From Octopus sinensis (Eukaryota), in contig NC_042998.1 of assembly GCF_006345805.1 (NCBI RefSeq), forward strand, positions 163,246,001 to 163,310,000: a stretch of 64,000 nucleotides of DNA, in the 5' to 3' direction. Position 1 is the stretch's first letter; every line of letters starts with the position of its first letter. This document shows positions 63,672-64,000 of the stretch, in pieces. Made by a program: the position numbers and the translations under genes. The notes beneath the pieces are model-generated. The model was not told the origin of the DNA, made no database searches, and saw only the letters and a list, made by a program, of their open reading frames with translations.

Positions 63672-63762
63672 CAGAAGGGCTTGTAGAAAGAGTATAGTGA
63701 TAGCACTTTGCTACTGGAGGTCAGAAATTGTCATATCTAGTTGGTGAGTGTTGCAAAAAACC
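63672..63762 (-). other. Candidate 91-nt exon with strong splice sites; stops in all three frames
   Basis: tttattgttttcattccag|exon|CTG-gtaagt; contains ATG ACA ATT TCT GAC CTC CAG TAG CAA AGT GCT ATC ACT ATA CTC TTT CTA CAA GCC CTT CTG. Confidence 0.3.
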
Positions 63763-63784
63763 CTGGAATGAAAACAATAAACAT

Positions 63785-64000
63785 AGGTGCATGTGTGGTT
63801 GTGTGGTAAGAAACTTGCTTTCTAATCACATGGTTCTGGGTTCAGTCCCACTGCATGACACCTTGGGCTAGTGACTTCTTCTGTAGCTGCAGTCTTGTGA
63901 GTGGATCTGATAGACAGAAACTGAAAGAAACCCATCATATATATATGTGAGTATATTTATGTGCGTGTTTTTGTTTGTTCCTCCACCATCACTTGACAAG
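63785..64000 (+). mobile_element. SINE family 1, runs off the window end
   Basis: ggttgtgtggtaagaaacttgc head and body. Confidence 0.85.

Noticed and set aside
63609-63743. Plus-strand 135-nt open exon candidate (QFYQLILYMRVWKKPQTL...)
   Set aside because: Splice signals are plausible but there is no recognisable homology, it overlaps the minus-strand candidate, and an open frame of this length is not rare by chance. It cannot be excluded without RNA data.

Overview
AT-rich, microsatellite-saturated animal DNA. The SINE/LINE repertoire (tRNA-headed SINEs with (AT)/(AC) middles, RTE LINEs with (GAT)n tails) points to a coleoid cephalopod, most likely Octopus; this is inferred from repeat families, not a database hit. 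I cannot confidently call any host protein-coding gene. The window looks intronic or intergenic, and most supplied ORFs are microsatellite artefacts. All coding sequence I can recognise is transposon-derived: a 5'-truncated, frameshifted RTE LINE (37.7-41.05 kb) whose RT carries an inserted C4HC3 PHD-type finger, several older RTE fragments, seven 3' fragments of restriction-like-endonuclease (R4/Dong-type) LINEs mostly beside (AAT)n or (ATAC)n tracts, a Gypsy protease-integrase deletion derivative with PPT and LTR, mariner and maT remnants, and a Penelope-like 3' end with a minimal hammerhead ribozyme. Non-coding elements include three copies of a non-autonomous Helitron, hAT/foldback MITEs, three SINE families and several microsatellite-bounded tandem duplications. 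A few tiny minus-strand exon candidates with good splice signals exist, but their number is close to chance expectation, so they are hypotheses only. Coordinates of degenerate repeats are approximate (about +/-10-20 bp).
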